Shown piece by piece: positions 39,571 through 50,446 of a stretch of DNA of 64,000 nucleotides; within the stretch, counting starts at the first letter, position 1, and the number at the start of each line of letters is the position of its first letter. Location: NCBI RefSeq assembly GCF_001677475.2, contig NZ_CP015229.1; one strand, 5' to 3'. The DNA comes from Escherichia coli (GTDB lineage Bacteria > Pseudomonadota > Gammaproteobacteria > Enterobacterales > Enterobacteriaceae). The translations under genes and the position numbers were made by a program. The notes beneath the pieces are model-generated. The model ran no database searches. It saw nothing but the letters and a program-made list of their open reading frames with translations, and had not been told where the DNA came from.

Positions 39571-40314
39571 ATGACACAGACAGAATCAGCGATTCTGGCG
39601 CACGCCCGGCGATGTGCGCCAGCGGAGTCGTGCGGCTTCGTGGTGAGAACGCCGGAGGGGGAAAGATATTTTCCCTGCGTGAATATTTCCGGTGAGCCGG
39701 AGGCGTATTTCCGTATGTCGCCGGAAGACTGGCTGCAGGCAGAAATGCAGGGTGAGATTGTGGCGCTGGTCCACAGCCACCCCGGTGGTCTGCCCTGGCT
39801 GAGTGAGGCCGACCGGCGGCTGCAGGTGCAGAGTGATTTGCCGTGGTGGCTGGTCTGCCGGGGGACGATTCATAAGTTCCGCTGTGTGCCGCATCTCACC
39901 GGGCGGCGCTTTGAGCACGGTGTGACGGACTGTTACACACTGTTCCGGGATGCTTATCATCTGGCGGGGATTGAGATGCCGGATTTTCATCGCGAGGATG
40001 ACTGGTGGCGTAACGGCCAGAATCTCTATCTGGATAATCTGGAGGCGACGGGGCTGTATCAGGTGCCGTTGTCAGCGGCACAGCCGGGCGATGTGCTGCT
40101 GTGCTGTTTTGGTTCATCGGTGCCGAATCACGCCGCAATTTACTGCGGCGACGGCGAGCTGCTGCACCATATTCCTGAACAACTGAGCAAACGAGAGAGG
40201 TACACCGACAAATGGCAGCGACGCACACACTCCCTCTGGCGTCACCGGGCATGGCGCGCATCTGCCTTTACGGGGATTTACAACGATTTGGTCGCCGCAT
40301 CGACCTTCGTGTGA
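39571..40314 (+). CDS. K: Tail assembly protein K (MPN/JAB plus NlpC/P60-like)
   Basis: 247-aa lambda gpK-like (HSHP motif). Confidence 0.9.
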   Translation: MTQTESAILAHARRCAPAESCGFVVRTPEGERYFPCVNISGEPEAYFRMSPEDWLQAEMQGEIVALVHSHPGGLPWLSEADRRLQVQSDLPWWLVCRGTIHKFRCVPHLTGRRFEHGVTDCYTLFRDAYHLAGIEMPDFHREDDWWRNGQNLYLDNLEATGLYQVPLSAAQPGDVLLCCFGSSVPNHAAIYCGDGELLHHIPEQLSKRERYTDKWQRRTHSLWRHRAWRASAFTGIYNDLVAASTFV

Positions 40315-40883
40315 AAACGGGGGCTGAAGCCATCCGGGCACTGGCCACACAGCTCCCGGCGTTTCGTCAGAAACTGAGCGACGGCTGGTATCAGGTACGG
40401 ATTGCCGGGCGGGACGTCAGCACGTCCGGGTTAACGGCGCAGTTACATGAGACTCTGCCTGATGGCGCTGTGATTCATATTGTTCCCAGAGTCGCCGGGG
40501 CCAAGTCAGGTGGCGTATTCCAGATTGTCCTGGGGGCTGCCGCCATTGCCGGATCATTCTTTACCGCCGGAGCCACCCTTGCAGCATGGGGGGCAGCCAT
40601 TGGGGCCGGTGGTATGACCGGCATCCTGTTTTCTCTCGGTGCCAGTATGGTGCTCGGTGGTGTGGCGCAGATGCTGGCACCGAAAGCCAGAACTCCCCGT
40701 ACACAGACAACGGATAACGGTAAGCAGAACACCTATTTCTCCTCACTGGATAACATGGTTGCCCAGGGCAATGTTCTGCCTGTTCTGTACGGGGAAATGC
40801 GCGTGGGGTCACGCGTGGTTTCTCAGGAGATCAGCACGGCAGACGAAGGGGACGGTGGTCAGGTTGTGGTGATTGGTCGCTGA
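40212..40883 (+). CDS. I: Tail assembly protein I
   Basis: 223-aa ORF matching recalled lambda gpI; overlaps K 3' end. Confidence 0.9.
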   Translation: MAATHTLPLASPGMARICLYGDLQRFGRRIDLRVKTGAEAIRALATQLPAFRQKLSDGWYQVRIAGRDVSTSGLTAQLHETLPDGAVIHIVPRVAGAKSGGVFQIVLGAAAIAGSFFTAGATLAAWGAAIGAGGMTGILFSLGASMVLGGVAQMLAPKARTPRTQTTDNGKQNTYFSSLDNMVAQGNVLPVLYGEMRVGSRVVSQEISTADEGDGGQVVVIGR

Positions 40884-40943
40884 TGCAAAATGTTTTATGT
40901 GAAACCGCCTGCGGGCGGTTTTGTCATTTATGGAGCGTGAGGA

Positions 40944-42370
40944 ATGGGTAAAGGAAGCAGTAAGGGGCATACCCCGCGCGAAGCGAAGGACAACCTGAAG
41001 TCCACGCAGTTGCTGAGTGTGATCGATGCCATCAGCGAAGGGCCGGTTGAAGGTCCGGTGGATGGATTAAAAAGCGTGCTGCTGAACAGTACGCCGGTGC
41101 TGGACACTGAGGGGAATACCAACATCTCCGGTATCACGGTGGTGTTCCGTGCCGGTGAGCAGGAGCAGACACCGCCGGAGGGGTTTGAATCCTCCGGCTC
41201 CGAGACGGTGCTGGGTACGGAAGTGAAATATGACACGCCGATCACCCGCACCATTACGTCTGCAAACATCGACCGTCTGCGCTTTACCTTCGGTGTACAG
41301 GCACTGGTGGAAACCACCTCAAAGGGTGACAGGAATCCGTCGGAAGTCCGTCTGCTGGTTCAGATACAACGTAACGGTGGCTGGGTGACGGAAAAAGACA
41401 TCACCATTAAGGGCAAAACCACCTCGCAGTATCTGGCCTCGGTGGTGGTGGATAACCTGCCGCCGCGCCCGTTTAATATCCGGATGCGCAGGATGACGCC
41501 GGACAGCACCACAGACCAGCTGCAGAACAAAACGCTCTGGTCGTCATACACCGAAATTATCGATGTGAAACAGGGCTACCCGAACACGGCACTGGTCGGC
41601 GTGCAGGTGGACTCGGAGCAGTTCGGCAGCCAGCAGGTGAGCCGTAATTATCATCTGCGCGGGCGTATTCTGCAGGTGCCGTCGAATTATAACCCGCAGA
41701 CGCGGCAATACAGCGGTATCTGGGACGGAACGTTTAAACCGGCATACAGCAACAACATGGCCTGGTGTCTGTGGGATATGCTGACCCATCCGCGCTACGG
41801 CATGGGGAAACGTCTTGGTGCGGCGGATGTGGACAAATGGGCGCTGTATGTCATCGGCCAGTACTGCGACCAGTCAGTACCGGACGGCTTTGGCGGCACG
41901 GAGCCGCGCATCACCTGTAATGCATACCTGACCACACAGCGCAAGGCGTGGGATGTGCTCAGTGATTTCTGCTCGGCGATGCGCTGTATGCCGGTATGGA
42001 ACGGGCAGACGCTGACGTTCGTGCAGGACCGACCATCAGATAAGGTGTGGACCTATAACCGCAGTAATGTGGTGATGCCGGATGATGGCGCGCCGTTCCG
42101 CTACAGCTTCAGCGCCCTGAAGGACCGCCATAATGCCGTTGAGGTGAACTGGATTGACCCGAACAACGGCTGGGAGACGGCGACAGAGCTTGTTGAAGAT
42201 ACGCAGGCCATTGCCCGTTACGGTCGTAATGTCACGAAGATGGATGCCTTTGGCTGTACCAGCCGGGGGCAGGCACACCGCGCCGGGCTGTGGCTGATTA
42301 AAACGGAACTGCTGGAGACGCAGACCGTGGATTTCAGCGTGGGTGCTGAAGGGCTTCGCCATGTACCGGG
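40944..42370 (+). pseudogene. J: Tail tip/host-specificity protein J, 5' fragment (~476 codons) truncated by IS insertion
   Basis: Lambda J-like N-terminus ending ...GLRHVPG at the IS junction; track ORF runs a few codons into the IS to a stop. Confidence 0.9.
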
Positions 42371-42463
42371 TATGAGACGACAATAACTCAGTCCGCCTGG
42401 CGCCGATTATTCTGGCCGGTTTTGTAACCTGAGTGTCATTTACATGATCCAACAGGAAATGGC

Positions 42464-43963
42464 GTGACGCTCAATACTTCTCAGGTCAGTTACTATATGA
42501 CTCAGCGTAAGAAAGGTATAACTCAGCATATCTCGGCCATGAAGGCTGGTATCTCAGTCCGTTCTGGTCGTCGGATCGAAAAAGGAGAGTGGGCAAAAAA
42601 CAGTGTTCGGCACTGGCGCACACGCAAAGATCCTCTGGAAGCTGTGTGGGACAGCATGCTTGTTCCTCTGTTGAAAGAGAGGCCGGCTCTGACACCAACA
42701 ACTCTACTGGAGATGCTACAGGATAAATATCCCGGCCAGTACCCCAACAGCCTTCGAAGAACAATGCAACGGCGGGTTCGCGAATGGAAACTACAGTATG
42801 GTACAGAGCAGGAGGTCATGTTCCGCCAGCAACATCAGCCCGGCCTGCGAGGCCTGTCGGACTTTACTGAACTGAAAGGTGTAGTTGTCACCATCGCCGG
42901 TAAGTTGTTGGCGCATAAGTTGTATCACTTCCGTCTGGAATGGAGCCACTGGAGCTGGATGCGGGTTGTTCTGGGTGGTGAGAGCTTCTCTGCTCTGGCT
43001 GAAGGCCTGCAGGAAGCCCTCGGACAACTGGGCGGAGTGCCGGTAGAACATAAAACGGACAGCCTGAGGGCAGCATGGAAACAACAGGGCGAAGATGGAC
43101 GCCGCGAGCTGACTGAGCGTTATGCTACTCTCTGTCAGCACTACGGAATGCAGGGCGTACACAATAATGCCGGTCGGGGCCACGAAAATGGCTCGGTTGA
43201 AAGTGCCCACGGACATCTGAAAAGGCGTATCTGTCAGGCGCTGATACTGCGGGGCAGTAACGACTTCAGCACCATAGAAGAATATCAGGCCTTCATCACT
43301 CAGCAGGTTATGCGGCACAACCGTAACAATCAGGATCTGGTCAAGGAAGAACGTCTTCATCTGAAACCGCTGCCGCTTCGTCGCAGTGCTGACTATGATG
43401 AGCTGACTGTGAGGGTTAGTCGCAGCAGTACCATCAATGTGAAGCACGTCGTCTACAGCGTACCTTCCCGGCTTGTAGGTCAACTGTTACGGGTCAGGTT
43501 ATGGGACGATCGTCTGAGCTGTTACGTTGGCAGCAGCGAGGTCATGAGCTGCCCTCGCGTCAGACCAGAAAAAGGGAAGACGCGGGCCCGTCGTATCGAC
43601 TTCCGACATGTGATCGACAGTCTGGCAAAAAAGCCCGGTGCGTTCTGCCATGCAACGCTGAGAAATGACATCCTGCCGGACGATGAATGGCGGAGGCTGT
43701 GGCGTCGCTTATGTAATCATCTGGAGCCCGATATGGCAGGAAGGCTGATGGTACATGCCCTGAAACTGGCTGCAGGATACGACGATATCTCAGTCGTGGC
43801 AAAAGGTATGGAGCAGATGCTGAATACCCCGGGAAACGTGGATCTGCACCGGCTGATGCGCTTCCTGGGTATAAAAGAAAAGGCGTTGCCGGTAGTCAAT
43901 GTGATACAGCATAACCTGAGCAGTTATGAGCAACTACTGCGTGGCAAGGGAGGTTCGCAGTGA
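42464..43963 (+). CDS. istA: IS21-family transposase IstA
   Basis: 499-aa ORF with N-terminal HTH and DDE-type core; followed by overlapping IstB. Confidence 0.8.
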   Translation: MTLNTSQVSYYMTQRKKGITQHISAMKAGISVRSGRRIEKGEWAKNSVRHWRTRKDPLEAVWDSMLVPLLKERPALTPTTLLEMLQDKYPGQYPNSLRRTMQRRVREWKLQYGTEQEVMFRQQHQPGLRGLSDFTELKGVVVTIAGKLLAHKLYHFRLEWSHWSWMRVVLGGESFSALAEGLQEALGQLGGVPVEHKTDSLRAAWKQQGEDGRRELTERYATLCQHYGMQGVHNNAGRGHENGSVESAHGHLKRRICQALILRGSNDFSTIEEYQAFITQQVMRHNRNNQDLVKEERLHLKPLPLRRSADYDELTVRVSRSSTINVKHVVYSVPSRLVGQLLRVRLWDDRLSCYVGSSEVMSCPRVRPEKGKTRARRIDFRHVIDSLAKKPGAFCHATLRNDILPDDEWRRLWRRLCNHLEPDMAGRLMVHALKLAAGYDDISVVAKGMEQMLNTPGNVDLHRLMRFLGIKEKALPVVNVIQHNLSSYEQLLRGKGGSQ

Positions 43964-44715
43964 GCAATATCCATCACCTTGAACATAGCCTGCGTAAACT
44001 ACGCCTGACACGAGTTGGAGCTGAATGGCACGCTCTGGAAAAACGAGCGCTGGCAGAAGGCTGGACACCATCGCGCTATCTTCTGACGCTATGCAATGAA
44101 GAACTCCTGTGGCGCGAGAGTGAAAAACTGCGTCGTTATAAAAAGGAGGCCCGGTTGCCAGTTGCCAAAACGCTGAGCGAATACGACTTCAGTCAGGTGC
44201 CGGAACTGAATGGAGCTCAGTTCCGGCAACTCTGTGAAACGACAGACTGGGTTGATGCAGGAGAAAACGTTCTGCTGTTCGGAGCCAGCGGGTTGGGGAA
44301 AAGCCATCTGGCGGCAGCGATCGTGGATGGCGTAGTAGGTCAGGGCTACCGGGCCCGGTTCTACAGCGCAGGAGAGCTGTTGCAGGAACTACGTAAAGCC
44401 AGAGCTCAGTTGAAACTGAATGAGCTGCTACTGAAACTGGATCGCTACCGGGTGATAGTGGTGGATGATCTTGGCTATGTCAAACGCGATAGTGCCGAAA
44501 CGGGTGTGCTGTTCGAGTTAATAGCGCATCGCTATGAACGTGGGAGCCTGGTGATAACCAGTAACCATCCGTTCAGCATGTGGGGCAGCATCTTCGTGGA
44601 TGAGACTATGGCGGTGGCTGCGGCAGACAGGCTGATCCATCACGGATATATGTTCGAACTGAAAGGGGAAAGCTACAGGAAAAAGACAGCGAAGGCAGTA
44701 ACAAGCGCGACTTGA
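43960..44715 (+). CDS. istB: IS21-family ATP-binding helper IstB
   Basis: Walker A (LLFGASGLGKSHLA), Walker B (VVDDLGYV) and C-terminal DRLIHHG motif. Confidence 0.88.
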   Translation: MSNIHHLEHSLRKLRLTRVGAEWHALEKRALAEGWTPSRYLLTLCNEELLWRESEKLRRYKKEARLPVAKTLSEYDFSQVPELNGAQFRQLCETTDWVDAGENVLLFGASGLGKSHLAAAIVDGVVGQGYRARFYSAGELLQELRKARAQLKLNELLLKLDRYRVIVVDDLGYVKRDSAETGVLFELIAHRYERGSLVITSNHPFSMWGSIFVDETMAVAAADRLIHHGYMFELKGESYRKKTAKAVTSAT

Positions 44716-44781
44716 TGTCGCCCTGAAGGGTGCGGCCAGTATAGTTGGCGCGAGTCGGCAAAACTAGTTGACGTCTAATAA

Positions 44782-46773
44782 CCGGGCGATGTCATTGAAA
44801 TCTGCGATGATGACTATGCCGGTATCAGCACCGGTGGTCGCGTGCTGGCGGTGAACAGCCAGACCCGGACGCTGACGCTCGACCGTGAAATCACGCTGCC
44901 ATCCTCCGGTACCACGCTGATAAGCCTGGTTGACGGAAGTGGTAATCCGGTCAGCGTGGAGGTTCAGTCCGTCACCGACGGACTTAAGGTGAAAGTGAAC
45001 CGGGTTCCTGACGGCGTTGCAGAATACAGCGTGTGGGGGCTGAAGCTGCCGACGCTGCGCCAGCGCCTGTTCCGCTGCGTGAGTATCCGTGAGAACGACG
45101 ACGGCACGTATGCCATCACTGCCGTGCAGCATGTACCGGAAAAAGAAGCCATCGTGGATAACGGGGCGCACTTTGACGGCGACCAGAGCGGCACGGTGAA
45201 TGGTGTCACGCCGCCAGCGGTGCAGCACCTGACCGCCGAAGTCACCGCAGACAGCGGGGAATATCAGGTGCTGGCGCGCTGGGACACGCCGAAGGTGGTG
45301 AAGGGCGTGAGCTTCCTGCTCCGTCTGACCGTAACAGCGGATGACGGCAGTGAGCGGCTGGTCAGCACGGCCCGGACGACGGAAACCACATACCGCTTCA
45401 CGCAACTGGCGCTGGGGAACTACAGGCTGACAGTCCGGGCGGTAAATGCGTGGGGGCAGCAGGGCGATCCGGCGTCGGTATCGTTCCGGATTGCCGCACC
45501 GGCAGCACCGTCGAGGATTGAGCTGACGCCGGGCTATTTTCAGATAACCGCCACGCCGCATCTTGCCGTTTATGACCCGACGGTACAGTTTGAGTTCTGG
45601 TTCTCGGAAAAGCGGATTACCGATATCAGGCAGGTTGAAACCACAGCCCGCTATCTTGGTACGGCGCTGTACTGGATAGCCGCCAGTATCAATATCAAAC
45701 CGGGCCATGATTATTACTTTTATATCCGCAGTGTGAACACCGTTGGCAAATCGGCATTCGTGGAGGGCGTCGGTCGGGCGAGCGATGATGCGGAAGGTTA
45801 CCTGGATTTTTTCAAAGGCAAGATAACCGAATCCCATCTCGGTAAAGAGCTGCTGGAAAAAGTTGATTTGACGGAGGATAACGCCAGCAGACTGGATGAG
45901 TTTTCGAAAGAGTGGAAGGACGCTAACGATAAATGGAATGCCATGTGGGGCGTCAAAATTGAGCAGACCAAAGACGGCAAACATTATGTCGCGGGTATTG
46001 GCCTCAGCATGGAGGACACGGAGGAAGGCAAGCTGAGCCAGTTTCTGGTTGCCGCTAACCGTATCGCGTTTATTGACCCGGCAAACGGGAATGAAACGCC
46101 GATGTTTGTGGCGCAGGGCAACCAGATATTCATGAACGACGTGTTCCTGAAGCGCCTGACAGCCCCCACCATTACCAGCGGTGGCAGTCCTCCGGTATTT
46201 TCCCTGACATCAGACGGAAAGCTGACCGCTAAAAATGCGGATATCAGTGGTAGTGTGAATGCGAACTCAGGAACGCTCAACAATGTCACGATTAACCAGA
46301 ACTGTACGATTAAGGGCATGCTGGAGGCGACTCAGGTCAGAGGTGACTTCGTTAAAGCTGTATCCAAATCATTTCCGAAACAGGCTGGTACGTGGGGTAA
46401 CACGGAAACACCAAACGGGACGGTTACAGTCACCATCAGCGATGATCATAACTTTGACCGTCAAATCATTATTCCGCCCATTATCTTTAACGGAATAGCG
46501 TATAGCGATCCGGGAAGTGGTAATAACCCGGGAGGTACAAGATACACGGGTTATGGTTTTGAAGTTCGCAAAAACGGTGTATTAATCGCATCCAGAGAAA
46601 CTAAAGGGGCCATTCCCGGTAGCTACAGTGCGGTTATTGATATGCCGAGTGGCAGGGGAAGCGTCACTCTGGAGTTTAAGGTTTTCCATAAAGGCAATCA
46701 GTGGGCAGGTAATATCACCGACTGTACGGTGATTGTGACCAAAAAAGCCGCTTCCGGCATCAGTATTCGTTGA
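44782..46773 (+). pseudogene. J: Tail tip/host-specificity protein J, 3' fragment
   Basis: Resumes in frame ([29 protein letters not shown]...) exactly as lambda J continues after ...HVPG. Confidence 0.9.
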
Positions 46774-46794
46774 AATTGTTATAACCCATATAAG

Positions 46795-46820
46795 GGCACC
46801 AGAAATGGTGCCTTTTTTAT
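46795..46820 (+). terminator. Rho-independent terminator after J
   Basis: GGCACC-AGAAAT-GGTGCC followed by TTTTTTATT. Confidence 0.7.
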
Positions 46821-46842
46821 TGCAGAAAAGCGAGAGGTAATT

Positions 46843-47442
46843 ATGCGTAAACTTTATGCCGCCATTTTGTCCGCAGCCATTTGTCTGGCCGTATCCGGTG
46901 CGCTTGCATGGGCATCTGAACATCAGTCCACGCTGAGCGCGGGGTATCTTCATGCCCGGACCAACGTTCCCGGCAGTGATGATCTGAACGGGATTAACGT
47001 GAAATACCGTTATGAGTTTACGGATACGCTGGGGCTGGTGACGTCATTCAGCTATGCAGGAGACAAGAATCGCCAGCTGACCCGTTACAGCGATACCCGC
47101 TGGCATGAAGATTCCGTGCGTAACCGCTGGTTCAGCGTGATGGCGGGGCCGTCTGTGCGCGTGAATGAATGGTTCAGCGCGTATGCGATGGCGGGTATGG
47201 CTTACAGCCGTGTTTCGACTTTTTCCGGGGATTACCTTCGCGTAACTGACAACAAGGGGAAAACGCACGATGTGCTGACCGGAAGTGATGACGGTCGCCA
47301 CAGCAACACGTCTCTGGCGTGGGGGGCTGGCGTGCAGTTTAACCCGACCGAATCCGTGGCCATTGATATTGCTTATGAAGGTTCTGGCAGTGGTGACTGG
47401 CGCACTGACGGTTTCATCGTGGGTGTCGGTTATAAATTCTGA
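46843..47442 (+). CDS. lom: Lom-like outer-membrane beta-barrel protein (Ail/Lom family)
   Basis: 199-aa ORF with signal peptide and C-terminal ...GVGYKF; position J-lom-stf as in lambda. Confidence 0.85.
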   Translation: MRKLYAAILSAAICLAVSGALAWASEHQSTLSAGYLHARTNVPGSDDLNGINVKYRYEFTDTLGLVTSFSYAGDKNRQLTRYSDTRWHEDSVRNRWFSVMAGPSVRVNEWFSAYAMAGMAYSRVSTFSGDYLRVTDNKGKTHDVLTGSDDGRHSNTSLAWGAGVQFNPTESVAIDIAYEGSGSGDWRTDGFIVGVGYKF

Positions 47443-47467
47443 TTAGCCAGGTAACACAGTGTTATGA

Positions 47468-47496
47468 CAGCCCGCCGGTTCAGGTGGGCTTTTTTG
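47468..47496 (+). terminator. Terminator-like hairpin after lom
   Basis: AGCCCGCC...GGTGGGCT followed by TTTTTTG. Confidence 0.45.
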
Positions 47497-47506
47497 TGGG
47501 GGGAAT

Positions 47507-50446
47507 ATGGCAGTAAAGATTTCAGGTGTACTGAAAGACGGCACAGGAAAACCGGTACAGAACTGCACAATCCAGCTGAAAGCAAAACGTAACAGCACCA
47601 CGGTGGTGGTGAACACGCTGGCCTCAGAAAATCCGGATGAAGCCGGGCGTTATAGCATGGACGTTGAGTACGGTCAGTACAGCGTTATTCTGTTGGTGGA
47701 AGGATGCCCGCCGTCACATGCCGGGACCATCACCGTGTATGAAGATTCCCGACCCGGTACGCTGAATGATTTTCTCGGTGCCATGACGGAGGATGATGCC
47801 CGTCCGGAGGCTCTGCGCCGTTTTGAACTGATGGTGGAAGAGGTGGCGCGTAACGCGTCCGCGGTGGCACAGAACACGGCAGCCGCGAAGAAGTCAGCCG
47901 GCGATGCCGGCACATCTGCCCGTGAGGCGGCAACCCATGCGACTGATGCTGCAGATTCAGCACGTGCAGCCAGCACGTCAGCCGGACAGGCCGCGACGTC
48001 AGCTCAGGAGGCTTTTTCCTGCGCAGGAACGGCATCAGCAAAAGCCTCTGAGGCATCAAAAAGTGCTGCCGCTGCAGAGTCCTCAAAAAGCGCGGCGGCC
48101 ACCAGTGCCGGTGCCGCGAAAACGTCTGAAACGAATGCTGCAGCGTCACAACAATCAGCAGCCACTTCTGCATCCACCGCGACCACGAAAGCGTCAGAAG
48201 CTGCCACCTCAGCCCGGGATGCGTCGGCTTCAAAAGAGGCGGCAAAATCATCAGAAACGAGCGCAGCCTCGAGCGCAAGTAGTTCCGCTTCCTCGGCAAC
48301 AGCGGCAGCAAATTCTGCGAAGGCGGCAAAAACGTCCGAGACGAACGCCAGGTCTTCTGAAACGGCAGCGGAACAGAGCGCCTCAGCTGCGGCAGGTTCA
48401 GAAACTACCGCTGCATCATCAGCCCGTGAGGCGTCAGTCAAAGCGGAGGAGGCTGCAGCCAGTGCCACTGCCGCCGGAAAATCGGCAGAAAGCGCCGCAT
48501 CATCCGCTTCAACAGCCACAACGAAGGCTGGCGAAGCCACTGAACAGGCCAGCGCAGCAGCGAGGTCAGCTTCCGCAGCGAAGACATCCGAAACGAACGC
48601 GAAAGCGTCGGAAACCAGCGCAGAATCCTCAAAAACGGCTGCCGCATCGTCCGCCAGTTCGGCGGCGTCATCGGCCTCATCGGCGTCTGCTTCAAAAGAT
48701 GAGGCGACCAGACAAGCGTCAGCAGCGAAGGGCAGCGCCACGACGGCATCCACGAAGGCAACAGAGGCTGCTGGCAGTGCGACGGCGGCAGCACAGAGCA
48801 AAAGTACGGCGGAATCCGCGGCAACGCGCGCCGAGACAGCGGCAAAACGGGCAGAGGATATTGCATCCGCCGTGGCGCTTGAGGATGCGAGCACGACGAA
48901 AAAGGGGATAGTACAGCTCAGCAGTGCGACCAACAGCACTTCCGAGTCACAGGCGGCAACGCCAAAGGCAGTAAAAGCAGCCAATGACAATGCTGAGAAA
49001 CGTCTGCAGAAAGATCAGAACGGTGCGGATATCCCTGGCAAAGACACCTTTACGAAAAATATTGGTGCCTGCCGTGCCTTCGGTGGGTCAGTAAGCACAA
49101 CAACAGGAAACTGGACGACTGCACAGTTTATCGAGTGGCTGGATTCTCAGGGAGCATTTAACCATCCATACTGGATGTGCAAGGGTTCCTGGTCTTATGG
49201 CAATAATAAAATCATTACTGATACTGGCTGCGGTAATATTCATCTCGCCGGAGCTGTCATTGAAGTAATGGGGATAAAGTCAGCGATGACGATCCGCATT
49301 ACCACTCCGACTACATCCAGCGGTGGCGGAACAACCAACGCCCAGTTTACCTATATTAATCACGGAACAGATTATTCACCTGGCTGGCGAAGGGACTATA
49401 ACTCCAGAAATAAGCCAACGGCATCAGAGATCGGGGCGCTACCGTCAGGTGGAACAGCAGTATCATCAGTTAATCTGGCTTCAAAAGGTCGGGTAGCCGC
49501 GCTGACAGACAATACGCAGGGGGCAGCAGGTCTTGAGTTATACGAGGTGTATAACAACGGATATCCAACAGCGTATGGAAATATCATTCACCTGAAAGGG
49601 ATGACAGCCGTTGGCGAAGGTGAGTTACTCATCGGCTGGAGTGGTACAAGCGGTGCTCATGCTCCGGCATTTATTCGTTCACGACGGGATACGACCGACG
49701 CAAACTGGTCGCCGTGGGCGCAGCTTTACACCTCGGCTCATCCTCCTGCAGAGTTTTATCCAGTCGGTGCACCAATCCCGTGGCCATCAGATACCGTTCC
49801 GTCTGGCTATGCCCTGATGCAGGGGCAGACTTTTGACAAATCTGCATACCCGAAACTTGCAGCGGCTTATCCGTCAGGCGTTATTCCTGATATGCGTGGC
49901 TGGACGATTAAGGGCAAGCCCGCCAGTGGTCGTGCCGTATTGTCTCAGGAACAGGACGGCATTAAATCGCACACCCACAGCGCCAGCGCATCCAGTACGG
50001 ATTTGGGGACGAAAACCACATCGTCGTTTGATTACGGCACTAAATCCACGAATAACACCGGTGCGCATACCCATAGTTTAAGTGGCAGCACGAATGCGGC
50101 TGGTAATCACAGCCATAGAGATGGCCGTCGATTTAACCCCAGTGTTTTTAAAGATACTTATCAATATGGTTATACAAGCTCAGGTCAAAATACCTGGGGG
50201 GTACAAGGCTCAGTAGGTATGTCTACGGGGTGGTTAGCTAATACCAGTACAGATGGTAATCATAGCCACTCACTGTCCGGTACAGCAGTATCTGCAGGTG
50301 CACACGCGCATACTGTCGGTATTGGTGCTCATACGCACTCCGTTGCGATAGGGTCACATGGACACACCATCACCGTTAACGCTGCTGGTAACGCGGAAAA
50401 CACCGTCAAAAACATCGCATTTAACTATATTGTGAGGCTTGCATGA
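47507..50446 (+). CDS. stf: Side tail fibre protein Stf (Ala/Ser-rich repeats; C-terminal HxH repeats)
   Basis: 979-aa ORF; long low-complexity central region; C-terminus [18 protein letters not shown]...[15 protein letters not shown] typical of lambda-type Stf. Confidence 0.85.
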   Translation: MAVKISGVLKDGTGKPVQNCTIQLKAKRNSTTVVVNTLASENPDEAGRYSMDVEYGQYSVILLVEGCPPSHAGTITVYEDSRPGTLNDFLGAMTEDDARPEALRRFELMVEEVARNASAVAQNTAAAKKSAGDAGTSAREAATHATDAADSARAASTSAGQAATSAQEAFSCAGTASAKASEASKSAAAAESSKSAAATSAGAAKTSETNAAASQQSAATSASTATTKASEAATSARDASASKEAAKSSETSAASSASSSASSATAAANSAKAAKTSETNARSSETAAEQSASAAAGSETTAASSAREASVKAEEAAASATAAGKSAESAASSASTATTKAGEATEQASAAARSASAAKTSETNAKASETSAESSKTAAASSASSAASSASSASASKDEATRQASAAKGSATTASTKATEAAGSATAAAQSKSTAESAATRAETAAKRAEDIASAVALEDASTTKKGIVQLSSATNSTSESQAATPKAVKAANDNAEKRLQKDQNGADIPGKDTFTKNIGACRAFGGSVSTTTGNWTTAQFIEWLDSQGAFNHPYWMCKGSWSYGNNKIITDTGCGNIHLAGAVIEVMGIKSAMTIRITTPTTSSGGGTTNAQFTYINHGTDYSPGWRRDYNSRNKPTASEIGALPSGGTAVSSVNLASKGRVAALTDNTQGAAGLELYEVYNNGYPTAYGNIIHLKGMTAVGEGELLIGWSGTSGAHAPAFIRSRRDTTDANWSPWAQLYTSAHPPAEFYPVGAPIPWPSDTVPSGYALMQGQTFDKSAYPKLAAAYPSGVIPDMRGWTIKGKPASGRAVLSQEQDGIKSHTHSASASSTDLGTKTTSSFDYGTKSTNNTGAHTHSLSGSTNAAGNHSHRDGRRFNPSVFKDTYQYGYTSSGQNTWGVQGSVGMSTGWLANTSTDGNHSHSLSGTAVSAGAHAHTVGIGAHTHSVAIGSHGHTITVNAAGNAENTVKNIAFNYIVRLA

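Larger units (their letters stand above)
42371..44780 (+). mobile_element. IS21-family insertion sequence (istA-istB), ~2.4 kb, inside J
   Basis: Imperfect terminal inverted repeats (TATGAGACGACAATAACT vs reverse complement TATTAGACGTCAACTAGT); 6-bp direct repeat ACCGGG at 42365..42370 and 44781..44786; J frame resumes after it. Confidence 0.8.

Noticed and set aside
36538-39577. Several long minus-strand ORFs (e.g. 36538..37116, 37156..37686, 37632..38150, 38134..38799, 38765..39577) antisense to H, M and L
   Set aside because: They overlap plus-strand genes that match lambda tail proteins nearly residue for residue; GC-rich antisense frames like this are statistical artefacts.
47674-48990. 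Long alternative-frame ORFs within stf (e.g. 47904..48911 Arg/Pro-rich, 48004..48990 minus)
   Set aside because: Produced by the repetitive GC-rich Ala/Ser-coding repeats of stf; compositionally implausible proteins.
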